A stretch of 54,784 bases of DNA from a virus. Its lineage: Duplodnaviria; Caudoviricetes. Of this stretch, positions 9,045 to 18,544 are shown in pieces; the stretch's first letter is position 1, and each line of letters begins with the position of its first letter. Made by a program: the position numbers and the translations under genes. Under the pieces are notes generated by a model that searched no databases, was not told where the DNA came from, and worked only from the letters and a program-made list of their open reading frames with translations. The DNA is taken from positions 1 to 54,784 of the IMG/VR virus record IMGVR_UViG_3300048851_000236; one strand, written 5' to 3'.

Positions 9045-11702
9045 ATGAGCGCGAGCGATCCCATCAGCGCCATTCGTCTGCGGCTGCTGGCGAATAGCTA
9101 CGAGCCCATCCCAGTGATCGGGCCTGATGCGCCAGGCGCTTCCCCTGGCAAGCGTCCGACCTTGAGTGGCTGGCAGACCGTGCCCGTCACCCCGGATGCG
9201 ATTTCATCCTGGCGCACTGGCTCTCAGCGCGCCTGCGTCAACACCGGCCTGCGGTGCGGTCTGCTGGCTGGCATCGACATCGATGTGACCAATCAGTCCT
9301 TGTCCGTCGACCTAGAAGATCTGGCGGTCACGATCTTCGGTGAGACGCCGCTCAAGCGCGTCGGCAAGGCCCCCAAGGTCTTGCTCTGCTATCGGTTCGC
9401 CTCGACGGGCTCCAAGATGGAGACCAAGGAGTTCTTCCTGCCGGATAGCAGCAAGGCCCAGATCGAGATCCTGGCCCAAGGTCAGCAGTTCGTCGCCTAT
9501 GGCATCCACCCGGAGACCCGGCAGGAATACGACTGGCCAGTGGCCGGCCCGGACGTGGTGCCGGTGCATGACCTGCCGGAGATCAGCTGGGACGCGGTGC
9601 GGGCCTTCCTCGACAACGCCACGGTCCTCATCAAGCAGGCTGGCGGCAAGACGAAGGATGAGACCGAGGGGCGAGCCACTGCGGCGCGGCAGGTGCCCCC
9701 ACTTTCTCGCCCAATAGCCACCCTGCGGCAGGCCGCATCCGGCGATGACTTCTTCCGCCAAGTCAATGCGGCCGCCCTGCAGAACATCGGCCCGTGGATC
9801 ACCGCCCTCTTCGGCGACCGCGCCCGGCAGCAACCCGGCACCGGCGCCTGGCGCGTCCGGTCGGCCGACCTGAACCGCCGCCTCGAAGAGGATCTGTCCA
9901 TCCATCCGGTGGAGGGGGGCAGGGACTTTGGTGAGGAGAAGAGCTGCAGCGCCATTGATGTCGTGATCGAGCATGGCGGCGCCGCGGATCCCCAGCAGGC
10001 TGCCCTTTGGCTGTGCGAGCAGCTGCGCATCGCTCCTGAAAGCCTCGGCTGGCGCCAGAAGCAGATCTTCCGGGAGCCTGAGCGGGTGCAGGCGAAGGCG
10101 GGCGCCATCAATCCGCCGGCTCCGCCGTCCTGGCCGGAGCCGATCGATTTCCTCGCGGATGGGGATCTGACGGGCGCGCCTGAACTGAAGCCCCACCACA
10201 TTCCGGCCGCGCTCTATGACTTCGTGCGCGACACAGCGGAGCGCATGGGCGTCGACCCTGCTGCGGTGGCCCTGGCTGCCATCGTCTCATGCTCTGCGGT
10301 CGCGACTGATGATTGGAGGCTTCAGCCGAAGCGCCTGGACGACACATGGTTCGAAATGCCCCGGCTCTGGGGCGCCATTGTCGGTGATCCGTCGATCCTG
10401 AAGACGCCGGTCATCGCAGCATGCACCAAGCCGATCGACGCGCTGGAGATCGCGGCCAGGGAGCGTCACACCGAGGCGATGCGGACGTTCCGTCAGCAGG
10501 AGGTTGACTACAAGAAGGCGGTCAAGTCGGCCGAGAAGGGGGATGGCCCTCCAGCGGGTGACCCACCGCGCAAGCCTCGGCTGCAGCGATACATGGTCGA
10601 GGGCACCACGGTTGAGGCCCTGTCCGAAGCCCTGCGTGACGACGACGAGGCGAAGATGGAGGCCCCAGCCCGGAAGGTGCTCGTCCGCCAGGACGAGATG
10701 TCGGAGTGGGTCGGCGGCATGGACCGGTACAAGTCCGGGGGTGGCGGAGGATCCGACCGCGGCGCGTACCTCCGCCTGTACAATGGAAGCCGTTACACGG
10801 TGGACCGGGTGATGCGCGGCAGCTTTGCCATCCCGAACTGGTCCGCCTGCTTCCTCGGTGGCATCCAGCCGGGCCCCATCCAGAAGATCGCTTCCAACGC
10901 GGAGGAAGACGGGCTCCTCCAGCGCTTCATGTACTGCGTGCCCGCCGGTCAGGCGCGAGGGCAGGACCGGCGGCCCAACCATGAGGCACGGAAGCGGTAC
11001 GAGGCTGTCATCGCCGCCATGACGCAGCTCCGTCCGACCAAGGAGTTCGAGGATGGCTCCGTGACGCCGGTGACACTGCATGAGGTTGGACACGAGGCGC
11101 GAGAGAGCATCGACAACCTCGCGGAGCTGATGAAGGGGCTGCCCGATACCTCGCCGCGCCTGTTCGCGGCCTACGGCAAGTGGCCTGGCCTCTTCGCCCG
11201 CCTCACGTTGACCTTCCATCTGATCAACGTCGCTGATGCGCGAGCCCGGCAGGCGCCGGCGCCAGTGCTTCACGTTGTGCCGGCCGAGACCGCGCGGATG
11301 GCGGCGGCATACATGGAGCAGATCCTGCTGCCGCACCTGCAACGGGCTGATGCCCTGATGTTCGCCACCAAGCAGACAAGTCACGCGCGGTGGATCGCGG
11401 GCTTCATACTGGCGCGGGGCAAGGAGCGGGTCGCTGCCCGGGACATCATCCAGGCATACCGTGACCTCCGGGCGCCAGAGACGCGTTCGACCCTGCTTCA
11501 GGTGATGCAAACGCTCACGATGATCGGCTGGGTCATGCCGGAGGAGCCGCCCAATCCGACCCGGGAGCCGGCCGCTTGGGCAGTCAATCCGGCGGTGCTG
11601 GAGAACTTCACGGCGCGGGCTGAGAAGGAGCGTCAGCGCCGCAAGGAAGCCCAGGACCGCATGGCAAAGATCATCCGCAGCAAGGCTGAGGTGATCCGCT
11701 GA
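9045..11702 (+). CDS. Replication protein: N-terminal prim-pol domain plus DUF3987/YfjI-like helicase region
   Basis: GKRP...NTGLRCG...GIDID prim-pol motifs; IVGDPSILKTP degenerate Walker A, QDEM Walker B, GGIQP, DGLLQRF. Confidence 0.85.
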   Translation: MSASDPISAIRLRLLANSYEPIPVIGPDAPGASPGKRPTLSGWQTVPVTPDAISSWRTGSQRACVNTGLRCGLLAGIDIDVTNQSLSVDLEDLAVTIFGETPLKRVGKAPKVLLCYRFASTGSKMETKEFFLPDSSKAQIEILAQGQQFVAYGIHPETRQEYDWPVAGPDVVPVHDLPEISWDAVRAFLDNATVLIKQAGGKTKDETEGRATAARQVPPLSRPIATLRQAASGDDFFRQVNAAALQNIGPWITALFGDRARQQPGTGAWRVRSADLNRRLEEDLSIHPVEGGRDFGEEKSCSAIDVVIEHGGAADPQQAALWLCEQLRIAPESLGWRQKQIFREPERVQAKAGAINPPAPPSWPEPIDFLADGDLTGAPELKPHHIPAALYDFVRDTAERMGVDPAAVALAAIVSCSAVATDDWRLQPKRLDDTWFEMPRLWGAIVGDPSILKTPVIAACTKPIDALEIAARERHTEAMRTFRQQEVDYKKAVKSAEKGDGPPAGDPPRKPRLQRYMVEGTTVEALSEALRDDDEAKMEAPARKVLVRQDEMSEWVGGMDRYKSGGGGGSDRGAYLRLYNGSRYTVDRVMRGSFAIPNWSACFLGGIQPGPIQKIASNAEEDGLLQRFMYCVPAGQARGQDRRPNHEARKRYEAVIAAMTQLRPTKEFEDGSVTPVTLHEVGHEARESIDNLAELMKGLPDTSPRLFAAYGKWPGLFARLTLTFHLINVADARARQAPAPVLHVVPAETARMAAAYMEQILLPHLQRADALMFATKQTSHARWIAGFILARGKERVAARDIIQAYRDLRAPETRSTLLQVMQTLTMIGWVMPEEPPNPTREPAAWAVNPAVLENFTARAEKERQRRKEAQDRMAKIIRSKAEVIR

Positions 11703-11878
11703 TGTTGTCATGTTTCCTAGAAACATGCCCCAGGACAGGGAGAGAGATGAGCCCCCGAGTGTCAGAGAATGTTGTCATGTTTCCTCGCGCGTGTGGAACA
11801 CCAAGGCATTTCAGCTCTCCTCCTTCCTTATTCTTTTTCTCTCTGTTCGGAGCGCGTTTCCTAGGAAACATGACAACA
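11702..11878. repeat. Iteron-type replication origin candidate
   Basis: ATGTTGTCATGTTTCCT at 11702 and 11769, inverted copy AGGAAACATGACAACA at 11863-11878, pyrimidine/AT-rich tract between. Confidence 0.7.
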
Positions 11879-11930
11879 AGCGCCACCCCCACCGAAGCCC
11901 ACCTGCAGAGCCAGGACGAAGGATCCAAGA

Positions 11931-12365
11931 ATGTCTGACAAGAACCTCACAACGGGCGGGCTGCATGCCGCAGTCCCTGGGAACGCACGGATGATTGCTG
12001 CTCTTCTCACCCAGTACCGGCAGCACTGCCGCGAATTGGACCAAGTGGCTGCGGAAAAGCGGGCGGCCGGCGAGCCGCGTGAGCCTCTGCGGATCATGAA
12101 CTTCTCAGAGATCACCCGGGAGCGCAGCCCGGAGGAGCGAGTGGAGGACCTGCTGCGTGATCCCATCCGCTCAGCCCTGAAGGGCCGGGTCCGTGAGATA
12201 GGCTGGAAGCTGTGGATCAAGGGAGGCACCGACCTGATGACGACGGTGAGCGACCGGGTACAGGATCTTTGCCCTGAGTTCCCCAGCTTTGCGGGGTCCA
12301 CGCTCGACAAATGGTGGGATGAAATCGGCGTCCATGATGACGCGTGCGGAATGTGGATGGCATGA
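11931..12365 (+). CDS. Hypothetical phage protein
   Basis: ORF track; AAGGA RBS; ATGA coupling. Confidence 0.7.
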   Translation: MSDKNLTTGGLHAAVPGNARMIAALLTQYRQHCRELDQVAAEKRAAGEPREPLRIMNFSEITRERSPEERVEDLLRDPIRSALKGRVREIGWKLWIKGGTDLMTTVSDRVQDLCPEFPSFAGSTLDKWWDEIGVHDDACGMWMA

Positions 12366-12826
12366 GCAAGGCAGTGACCCTCGCCGAGATCGAGGCGAAC
12401 CCGCTCCCCGTGATCGAGCACTACCGAGCCGCATACCCATGGCTGCACTGGGGCGGCTTCTCCAATGCGGCCGACGTGCAGCGGATGGGCCGTGAGGAGT
12501 TCGATGGGCGGCGGCGTGAGATGACCGAGGGGCATGGCGTCGGCCAGGTCCTGCGGGCGGCCCGCTTCATCGACCAGGCGCCCCGCATCAAGGGTCTCAA
12601 CCCCAAGCGCAGCACCTATGGCTGGAAGCACGTGGCGGAGCACCATTTCCAAAACCTGACCCCCGGACAGGATTACTACGTGGGTGAGGGGAGCTTCCTC
12701 ATCGCTGCCTGGGCCATGGGTCTGACGGTCAAGCAGGACCAGCATGGCGCCCACAGGGTGAACCTGTCCGAGACGGCAGCCACCGTCGTCAAGCAACAGA
12801 CCAAGCGTCTGCGGGTTGGCGCATGA
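12362..12826 (+). CDS. Hypothetical phage protein
   Basis: ATGA coupling on both sides; STYGWKHVAE...YVGEGSFLIAA. Confidence 0.7.
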   Translation: MSKAVTLAEIEANPLPVIEHYRAAYPWLHWGGFSNAADVQRMGREEFDGRRREMTEGHGVGQVLRAARFIDQAPRIKGLNPKRSTYGWKHVAEHHFQNLTPGQDYYVGEGSFLIAAWAMGLTVKQDQHGAHRVNLSETAATVVKQQTKRLRVGA

Positions 12827-13365
12827 AGGTCGATCGCAGGATTGCTCCGGTTACCGTCATCAGGGGTAGCCTCAACCCCAAGGTCGGGCCCCAGCCGTGG
12901 TGCATGACGGATGCAGACAGGGACCACATGATGGAAGGCGCGGTGGGCGGCTACATGGCCGGCCGCTACACCAAGCCCAGCGGAGAGCCCGTTCCGCTCG
13001 AACGTGCCAGCGGAGCCGGAACCCTGCCGCCGTGGTCGGCACGGGAGCAGGCTGCCGCGCGCCGGCTGCGCAAGCTCTGGTTCGATGCCAAGATCGAGCG
13101 GGTGGCTCCTGCAGGATATCCGAGCGAGGTGTGCCAGCCCTACACCCCGAAGGGGGAGGACGCCCATCCGAAGGAGATGGTGGAGGCCGCCATCGAGGCG
13201 TACCGCCAGTTCCGCGATGCCATCAACCTGGCTGAGCGCAGCCTCAGTGCCCGTCACGTCCATTGGCTTCGCGAGGTTGGCTACGGGGAAGCCATCCCCG
13301 TCTCAGCGTCGCACTATGCGCAGGAGGCCCTGCACTGGCTGGCCGATCAGTGGAACGTCAAATAG
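12823..13365 (+). CDS. Putative late-gene regulator/antiterminator (Q-position protein)
   Basis: Last early gene, directly before a promoter-terminator pair; function inferred from position only. Confidence 0.55.
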   Translation: MKVDRRIAPVTVIRGSLNPKVGPQPWCMTDADRDHMMEGAVGGYMAGRYTKPSGEPVPLERASGAGTLPPWSAREQAAARRLRKLWFDAKIERVAPAGYPSEVCQPYTPKGEDAHPKEMVEAAIEAYRQFRDAINLAERSLSARHVHWLREVGYGEAIPVSASHYAQEALHWLADQWNVK

Positions 13366-13368
13366 TCC

Positions 13369-13397
13369 TTGACCCACCCGCACTGAGGCCACATATT
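13369..13397 (+). promoter_or_regulatory. Late promoter (pR'-like)
   Basis: TTGACC-N17-CATATT. Confidence 0.65.
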
Positions 13398-13418
13398 CGC
13401 GGAGGTGCATTGCGCCTA

Positions 13419-13452
13419 GAGCCCCGGAAGCCTCCGCTTCTGGGGTTTCTTC
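13419..13452 (+). terminator. Intrinsic terminator (tR'-like)
   Basis: GAGCCCCGGAAGC-CTCC-GCTTCTGGGGTTTC followed by a T-rich tract. Confidence 0.7.
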
Positions 13453-13473
13453 GTTTCTGGAAGCCGGCTGTCT

Positions 13474-13725
13474 CTAGGACGGGCTTGGGCCTTTCCGCAG
13501 CTCGGCAGCGCCGGCAGCAGTAAGGATCAGGGTTTCGTTGGTGGCCCCCTGCTTGAACCAGCCCAGGGTGGTTCCTGCTATGGCGCCATCGATGAGCGTG
13601 CTTTGTGCCACTCCCATGCGGGGAGCAATGCGTCGGGCTTCGTGGATTGTGAGCGCGGTCCCTGGTTCCGTCCCAGTCGAGCCGATGAGTGCGAGAACGA
13701 CCCTAGCACTGCTGTTGTGAGGCAT
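13474..13725 (-). CDS. Small winged-helix-like hypothetical protein
   Basis: ORF track; ends with a LILTAAG pattern typical of wing motifs. Confidence 0.45.
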   Translation of the reverse strand: MPHNSSARVVLALIGSTGTEPGTALTIHEARRIAPRMGVAQSTLIDGAIAGTTLGWFKQGATNETLILTAAGAAELRKGPSPS

Positions 13726-13780
13726 TCTTCACCCGTCATTCCTGCCCCGTTGTGAGTGGCAGAGCGGAAGGATCGTGGCA

Positions 13781-14134
13781 ATGCCGAAGCAGCGCGATCC
13801 CTTCTATGGCTCCCCCGAGTGGTTGGCCCTGCGAGAACAGTGCTTCCGGCGTGATGGCTTCCGCTGCGTGGTGCTGGGCTGCCGGACGCCGACGCAGGAA
13901 CTGACCTGCGACCACGTGACGGCTCGGCCCCGTGGTGAGGTTGGCCTGACGCAGCATGATGCCCTGACCAACCTCCGCACCCTCTGCGGCCCCCATGACC
14001 GGAGCGTGAAGGAGCTGGCGAGCGGTCAGCGGCGCAACGGCGGCAGGCTCGCTGTGCGGGGCTGTGACGCCGCTGGACGACCGCTTGACCCTGCCCACCC
14101 CTGGAACCGGAAGCAGCCCTCAGCGCCTCGCTGA
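13781..14134 (+). CDS. HNH endonuclease (terminase cofactor, HK97 gp74-like)
   Basis: FYGSPEW...RDGFRCVVLGC...CDHV...NLRTLCGPH; directly upstream of terS. Confidence 0.88.
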   Translation: MPKQRDPFYGSPEWLALREQCFRRDGFRCVVLGCRTPTQELTCDHVTARPRGEVGLTQHDALTNLRTLCGPHDRSVKELASGQRRNGGRLAVRGCDAAGRPLDPAHPWNRKQPSAPR

Positions 14135-14284
14135 CGCGGTCCTATGCCCCGTCCTGACGGGAGGGGGGGGGTTCAATCTTTGGCCGGGATGGGGATCTGG
14201 ACCGTCTGGGGCCTGCCATTGCGCTGGGAATAAAAAACGGAGGGGGGGTTTCCGGCCTCACGCCCCCTGTTTTGGAACGAAAAA
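14135..14284. other. Probable cos/packaging site region
   Basis: Non-coding gap between HNH and terS with G-runs, the usual cos position in HK97-like phages; exact cut site not determinable. Confidence 0.5.
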
Positions 14285-14737
14285 ATGGCACTCGATGTGA
14301 TCGCGGGGCCTGGGATGGATGTCGAGGAGCCCGATTGGGAGCTTCTGATCGCTGACCGGGCCGATGGGCTGCACGAAAAGCTGCGCGGGATGGCGCGTCG
14401 GGAGTGGTCGCGGGTCTGCGGCGAGCTTCGCGACATGCAGACCCTGGCGGCGGTGAACCGTCATGCCGTCCAGAGGCTGGTGATCGCCTACATCCGGTAC
14501 GACCTGGCCGTCGCCAAGGTGATGCAGGAGGGCGCGGTGGTTGGATCGGCCACTACCAACGTCCCCCAGCTCAGCATGTGGCAGGTGGAGATGCGGGCGG
14601 CCGACAGCGACGCGACCGGCGCGGAGATGGAACTGTGTTTGAGCCCGCGCCGCCGCGGCGCTGCCACCAAGGTGCAGAGGAAGGCCAAGCGTGTCACGGC
14701 GGCGGACGGCTATCTGAAGAGGGCGGGAAATGGCTAG
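14285..14737 (+). CDS. terS: Terminase small subunit (P27 family-like)
   Basis: REWSRV...ELCLSPRRR C-terminal motif; position. Confidence 0.85.
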   Translation: MALDVIAGPGMDVEEPDWELLIADRADGLHEKLRGMARREWSRVCGELRDMQTLAAVNRHAVQRLVIAYIRYDLAVAKVMQEGAVVGSATTNVPQLSMWQVEMRAADSDATGAEMELCLSPRRRGAATKVQRKAKRVTAADGYLKRAGNG

Positions 14738-14936
14738 CAAGCCATGCGCGCCGCCGAGTGGGACTGAGGCTCCTTCGTTCCACTGGCTGCGCTACGTCGG
14801 AGGCGCCCTCTGGCCGTGCCGCTGGACCGGCTCGTCATGGCAATTCATTGGCCGTGAGGTGGACTTGGCTGAGGGTGATCCGCGGCTCTTGAGCAAGATG
14901 GGGGTCGAATACGTTGGGCCGCTCCCGCCAACCTGA
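14730..14936 (+). CDS. Small hypothetical protein between terS and terL
   Basis: Overlaps both terminase genes; aromatic-rich 68 aa. Confidence 0.5.
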   Translation: MASKPCAPPSGTEAPSFHWLRYVGGALWPCRWTGSSWQFIGREVDLAEGDPRLLSKMGVEYVGPLPPT

Positions 14937-16695
14937 TCCGACCACCGCCTGGGCGCAGGATGTCGTCTCGGGCAAGATCATAGCGGGTGAACTGGTCCGC
15001 CATGCTGCGGAACGGCACCTGCGGGATCTGAAGGACGGGCCGGCGAGGGGTCTGCACTGGAGCCCTGAGCAGGCGGCGCATGCCATCGGGTTCTTCCCGG
15101 CGGTCCTGAGCGTCACGGCCGGCGCCAAGGCCGGTCAGCCCTTCACTCTGCTGCCCTGGCACCTGTTCTCTGTCGGCAACATCTTCGGCTGGCGCCGGGC
15201 GGACGGGCTGCGGCGGTATCGGACGGCCTGGCTGGAGACCGGCAAGGGGCAGGCCAAGAGCCCGCTGATGGCCGGCGTGGGCATCCTGCTCATGGGCTAC
15301 AGCAACATCGAGCGCGCCGAGGTCTATGCCATCGCCGGCAGCAAGGATCAGGCGAACGTCCTGTTCAAGGACGCGGTGGCGATGTGCCGGGCCCAGATCC
15401 CGGGCGAGGAGCCGGGCGACACGCTGGAAGCGCGCGGCGAGGTGGTGATCCGCGGCACCGGCGACATGGCCTGGAAGATCGAGCATCCGGAGAGCCAGTC
15501 GAAGTTCCAGGCGCTGGCGGATGGCGACAGCATCTCGGGCCCGCGTCCCGCCGGGGTGCTGGCGGACGAGATCCACGAATTCAAGTCGGCCGCGCCCATC
15601 GAGCTCTGGTCGGCGGCGCTGACGAAGATGCCGGGTGACCCGCTGATGATGCTGGGCACCAACACGCCGGCGGCGGACCAGATGGTGGGCACGGAGTATT
15701 CCGAGCTCTACCAGAACGTGGTGAAGGGCACCTTCAAGGACGACACGTCCTTCGTCTTCATTGCCCGGACTGACCCGGGCGACGACCCTTTCGAGGATGA
15801 GACCTGCTGGCCGAAGGCGCTGCCGGCGCTGGGGATCACCTATCCGGCCGACAATGTGCGGAACGAGGTGGCGAAGGCCCGCGGGCTGGCCAGCAAGGCG
15901 CTGTCGGTCAAGCGGCTGTTCTTCGGCATCCCGGTTGGATCGTCGGAATACTGGATCGACGAGGATTTGTGGGACAGTGCGCTGGGTAAGGTCGATGACG
16001 CCGACATGGTGGGGAATTCCTGCTGGCTCGGCCTCGATCCATCGCAGCGGAACGACCTGACGGCGCTCGGCAAGGTGTGGCGGGACCGCACAGGTCATCT
16101 CTACGCCCGCATCGACTACTGGAAGCCCAAGGACGGGCTGGCCGACGCCGAGGCGAAGGACAAGGCGCCCTACCCGCAATGGGTGGAGGAGAAGCTGCTG
16201 AACGCGGTCCCAGGGCGGACCATCAGCATGAGCTTCGTGGCAGCCGAGGTTGAGCGCATGACGGTGCAGCACCGGGTCGAGGCGATGGCCTTCGACCTGG
16301 CGCACTTCAACGGCTTTCGGGATGCCGCCTCAGAAGCGGGGTTCGCGACCTGGGAATACCAGGGGCCGAAGGAGCCGGAAGGCTCGGGGCTCAAGATGAT
16401 CCGCCATGCGCAGGGGCAGCGGGGGCTGCATTCAGAGAAGCAACTCTGGATGCCTCGCTCGGTGCAGGCGCTGGAGGATCTGATCCTCTCTGGCGGCATC
16501 ACGATCCATGACAGTGCGGTGACGCGCTGGTGCTCGGGCAACGCCACGCTGATCAGCGACGGGCAGGGTAACAGGTTCTTCGACAAGAAGCGGTCACGGG
16601 GCCGCATCGACGGGATGACCGCCCTGGCGATGGCAATCGGGGCGGCAACGTCCACCGCACCGGCCCCGGCGCGCTCATTCTGGCAAGACGCTTAA
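14914..16695 (+). CDS. terL: Terminase large subunit
   Basis: LLPWH, ETGKGQAKS Walker A, LADEIH Walker B, GLDPS and RIDG nuclease motifs. Confidence 0.95.
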   Translation: MGRSRQPDPTTAWAQDVVSGKIIAGELVRHAAERHLRDLKDGPARGLHWSPEQAAHAIGFFPAVLSVTAGAKAGQPFTLLPWHLFSVGNIFGWRRADGLRRYRTAWLETGKGQAKSPLMAGVGILLMGYSNIERAEVYAIAGSKDQANVLFKDAVAMCRAQIPGEEPGDTLEARGEVVIRGTGDMAWKIEHPESQSKFQALADGDSISGPRPAGVLADEIHEFKSAAPIELWSAALTKMPGDPLMMLGTNTPAADQMVGTEYSELYQNVVKGTFKDDTSFVFIARTDPGDDPFEDETCWPKALPALGITYPADNVRNEVAKARGLASKALSVKRLFFGIPVGSSEYWIDEDLWDSALGKVDDADMVGNSCWLGLDPSQRNDLTALGKVWRDRTGHLYARIDYWKPKDGLADAEAKDKAPYPQWVEEKLLNAVPGRTISMSFVAAEVERMTVQHRVEAMAFDLAHFNGFRDAASEAGFATWEYQGPKEPEGSGLKMIRHAQGQRGLHSEKQLWMPRSVQALEDLILSGGITIHDSAVTRWCSGNATLISDGQGNRFFDKKRSRGRIDGMTALAMAIGAATSTAPAPARSFWQDA

Positions 16696-16713
16696 CGGCA
16701 GGAGGCCGATCGT

Positions 16714-18435
16714 ATGGGTTTCCTGTCACGCCTGCTGGGGCGGGAGGAGAAGTCTGCGCCGCGCTACGGCTCGCTGGAGCTGTTCCGCGACCTGCTGACC
16801 TGGGGGCGCTCCTCCAAGGCTGGCGTGACCGTCAACACTGAGACGGCCATGCAGGTAACGGGCGTCCTTGCCGGTGCCCGCGTGCTGGCCGAGGACGTGT
16901 CCGGCCTGCCACTGCGGATCTACGAGCGCCGCGGAACGTCGCGCGTGGCGCTGGATGATGAACTTCAGGCGCTCCTGGACATGCCGAACGAGTGGCAGAC
17001 CGGGCAGGAGCTGCGCGAGCAGCTGATGCTGCATGCGGTGCTCGCTGGCAACGGCATCGCCTGGAAGAACGTCGTCCGCAACCAGGTGGTGGAACTGCTG
17101 CCGCTCCAGCCGGGGTGGGTGACGACGGAGCAGCGCAAGGATTGGGGTATCGTCCATCGCGTGCGCTTGCCGGATGGCACGACATTCGACCTCAAGTCAT
17201 CCGAGGTGGTGCATCTTCGTGGGCCGAGTTGGGCAGGGTTCAGCGGCCTGGAGGTGATCCGGCTGGCTCGGGAAGCCATTGGCCTGTCGATCGCAACCGA
17301 GGCGGCGCATTCCACGCTGCACTCGAATGGGCTCCATACCTCGGGGCTGTATTCGGTCGAGGGCTCCCTACAGAAGCCGGACTATGACCTGCTGCGGGCT
17401 CACATCGAGGCCAACTTCATCGGTGAAGAGAACCGCGGCAAGCCGCTGATCCTGGACCGCAATGCCAAGTTCACCCCGATCAGCATGACCGGCGTGGACG
17501 CGCAGCACCTGGAGACGCGGCGTTACCAGATCGAGGAGATCGCGCGGGCGCTGCGGGTGTTCCCGCAGATGATCGGCCACACCGACAAGGCCAGCACCTT
17601 CGCGTCCGCCGAGGCCTTCTTCCTGGCACATGTGAAATACAGCGTCCTGCCCTGGGTCAACCGCTGGGAAGGGGTCATCAAGCGCGACCTGATCGGCCGT
17701 GACCGCCCACGGGTCTTCGCCAAGCACAACGTCGCGGCCCTGGAGCGGGCGGACATCAAGACCCGCTACACGGCCTATGGCCAGGGCATCAAGGACGGCT
17801 GGCTGCTGCGCAACGAGGCGCGCGGCTGGGAAGAACTGGATGAGATCGACGGCCTCAGCGAGCCCTTGCAGCCGCTGAACATGGCGACGCCGGATCAAGC
17901 CGCGCAGGAACAGGACACGGGAGGCGAGCCGAGCAAGGGCCGCCGCCCTTTCGCCGCTGAGGAGCGCGCGAGGACCTTCCTCCGGGACGCGCTGGGGCGC
18001 TTCGCCAGCTTCGACAGCATGCTGGCGGCCGTCCTCGCGGCGGTGCATCCCACAGGCGCCCTGGCCCGTATCGGCAAGCTGTCGAAGAAGGACCGGGCAG
18101 GGCTCAAGGCGGCTGGCCTCCGCTGGTCTGGCGGCACCATTCACGCTGAGGATCGGGTCCTGAAGAAGGCCATGCGTCAGGTCGGCACCCGGAAGCCAGC
18201 TACCGCGGCTGATCTGCGGGCCATCCCCTCGGTCATGCGGCCATCTGGGGGCAAGAGCTATATCGACCGGGCGAACGGCACACTGGTGCGGGTCCGGCCT
18301 GCCGGAGACGCGGAGGGGATGGTCGTGAAATACGTGATCCGCCCCTCGGCGCCGCAGGGCGGCAACCGTCTGGTAACGGTGCAGCGGATGCCGGCGGCGG
18401 CCATCGGCAACACGACGCAATACGAACCAATCTGA
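16714..18435 (+). CDS. HK97-family portal protein with C-terminal ~180-aa extension (putative RNase-fold domain)
   Basis: GNG, EVVHLR, EIARALRVFP, NEARGWEEL, QPLNM portal motifs; extension begins with RDALGRF. Confidence 0.93.
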   Translation: MGFLSRLLGREEKSAPRYGSLELFRDLLTWGRSSKAGVTVNTETAMQVTGVLAGARVLAEDVSGLPLRIYERRGTSRVALDDELQALLDMPNEWQTGQELREQLMLHAVLAGNGIAWKNVVRNQVVELLPLQPGWVTTEQRKDWGIVHRVRLPDGTTFDLKSSEVVHLRGPSWAGFSGLEVIRLAREAIGLSIATEAAHSTLHSNGLHTSGLYSVEGSLQKPDYDLLRAHIEANFIGEENRGKPLILDRNAKFTPISMTGVDAQHLETRRYQIEEIARALRVFPQMIGHTDKASTFASAEAFFLAHVKYSVLPWVNRWEGVIKRDLIGRDRPRVFAKHNVAALERADIKTRYTAYGQGIKDGWLLRNEARGWEELDEIDGLSEPLQPLNMATPDQAAQEQDTGGEPSKGRRPFAAEERARTFLRDALGRFASFDSMLAAVLAAVHPTGALARIGKLSKKDRAGLKAAGLRWSGGTIHAEDRVLKKAMRQVGTRKPATAADLRAIPSVMRPSGGKSYIDRANGTLVRVRPAGDAEGMVVKYVIRPSAPQGGNRLVTVQRMPAAAIGNTTQYEPI

Positions 18436-18440
18436 AGGAA

Positions 18441-18539
18441 TTCCACCGGGTGAGGGGGCGCCACATCCCCATCCGTCCAACGGCCCGAGGGCCAAGCGAC
18501 GCGTCGGTATAGCGACTTTCCGGGCGTCACCCGGTGGAA
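18441..18539 (-). ncRNA. Cloverleaf (tRNA-like) structured RNA candidate
   Basis: Perfect 13-bp closing stem TTCCACCGGGTGA/TCACCCGGTGGAA enclosing three hairpins; promoter ends just before the 5' arm. Confidence 0.65.
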
Positions 18540-18544
18540 ACCGA

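Noticed and set aside
11702-11878. CRISPR-like mini-array
   Set aside because: Only two direct and one inverted short repeat, no cas genes; fits iterons
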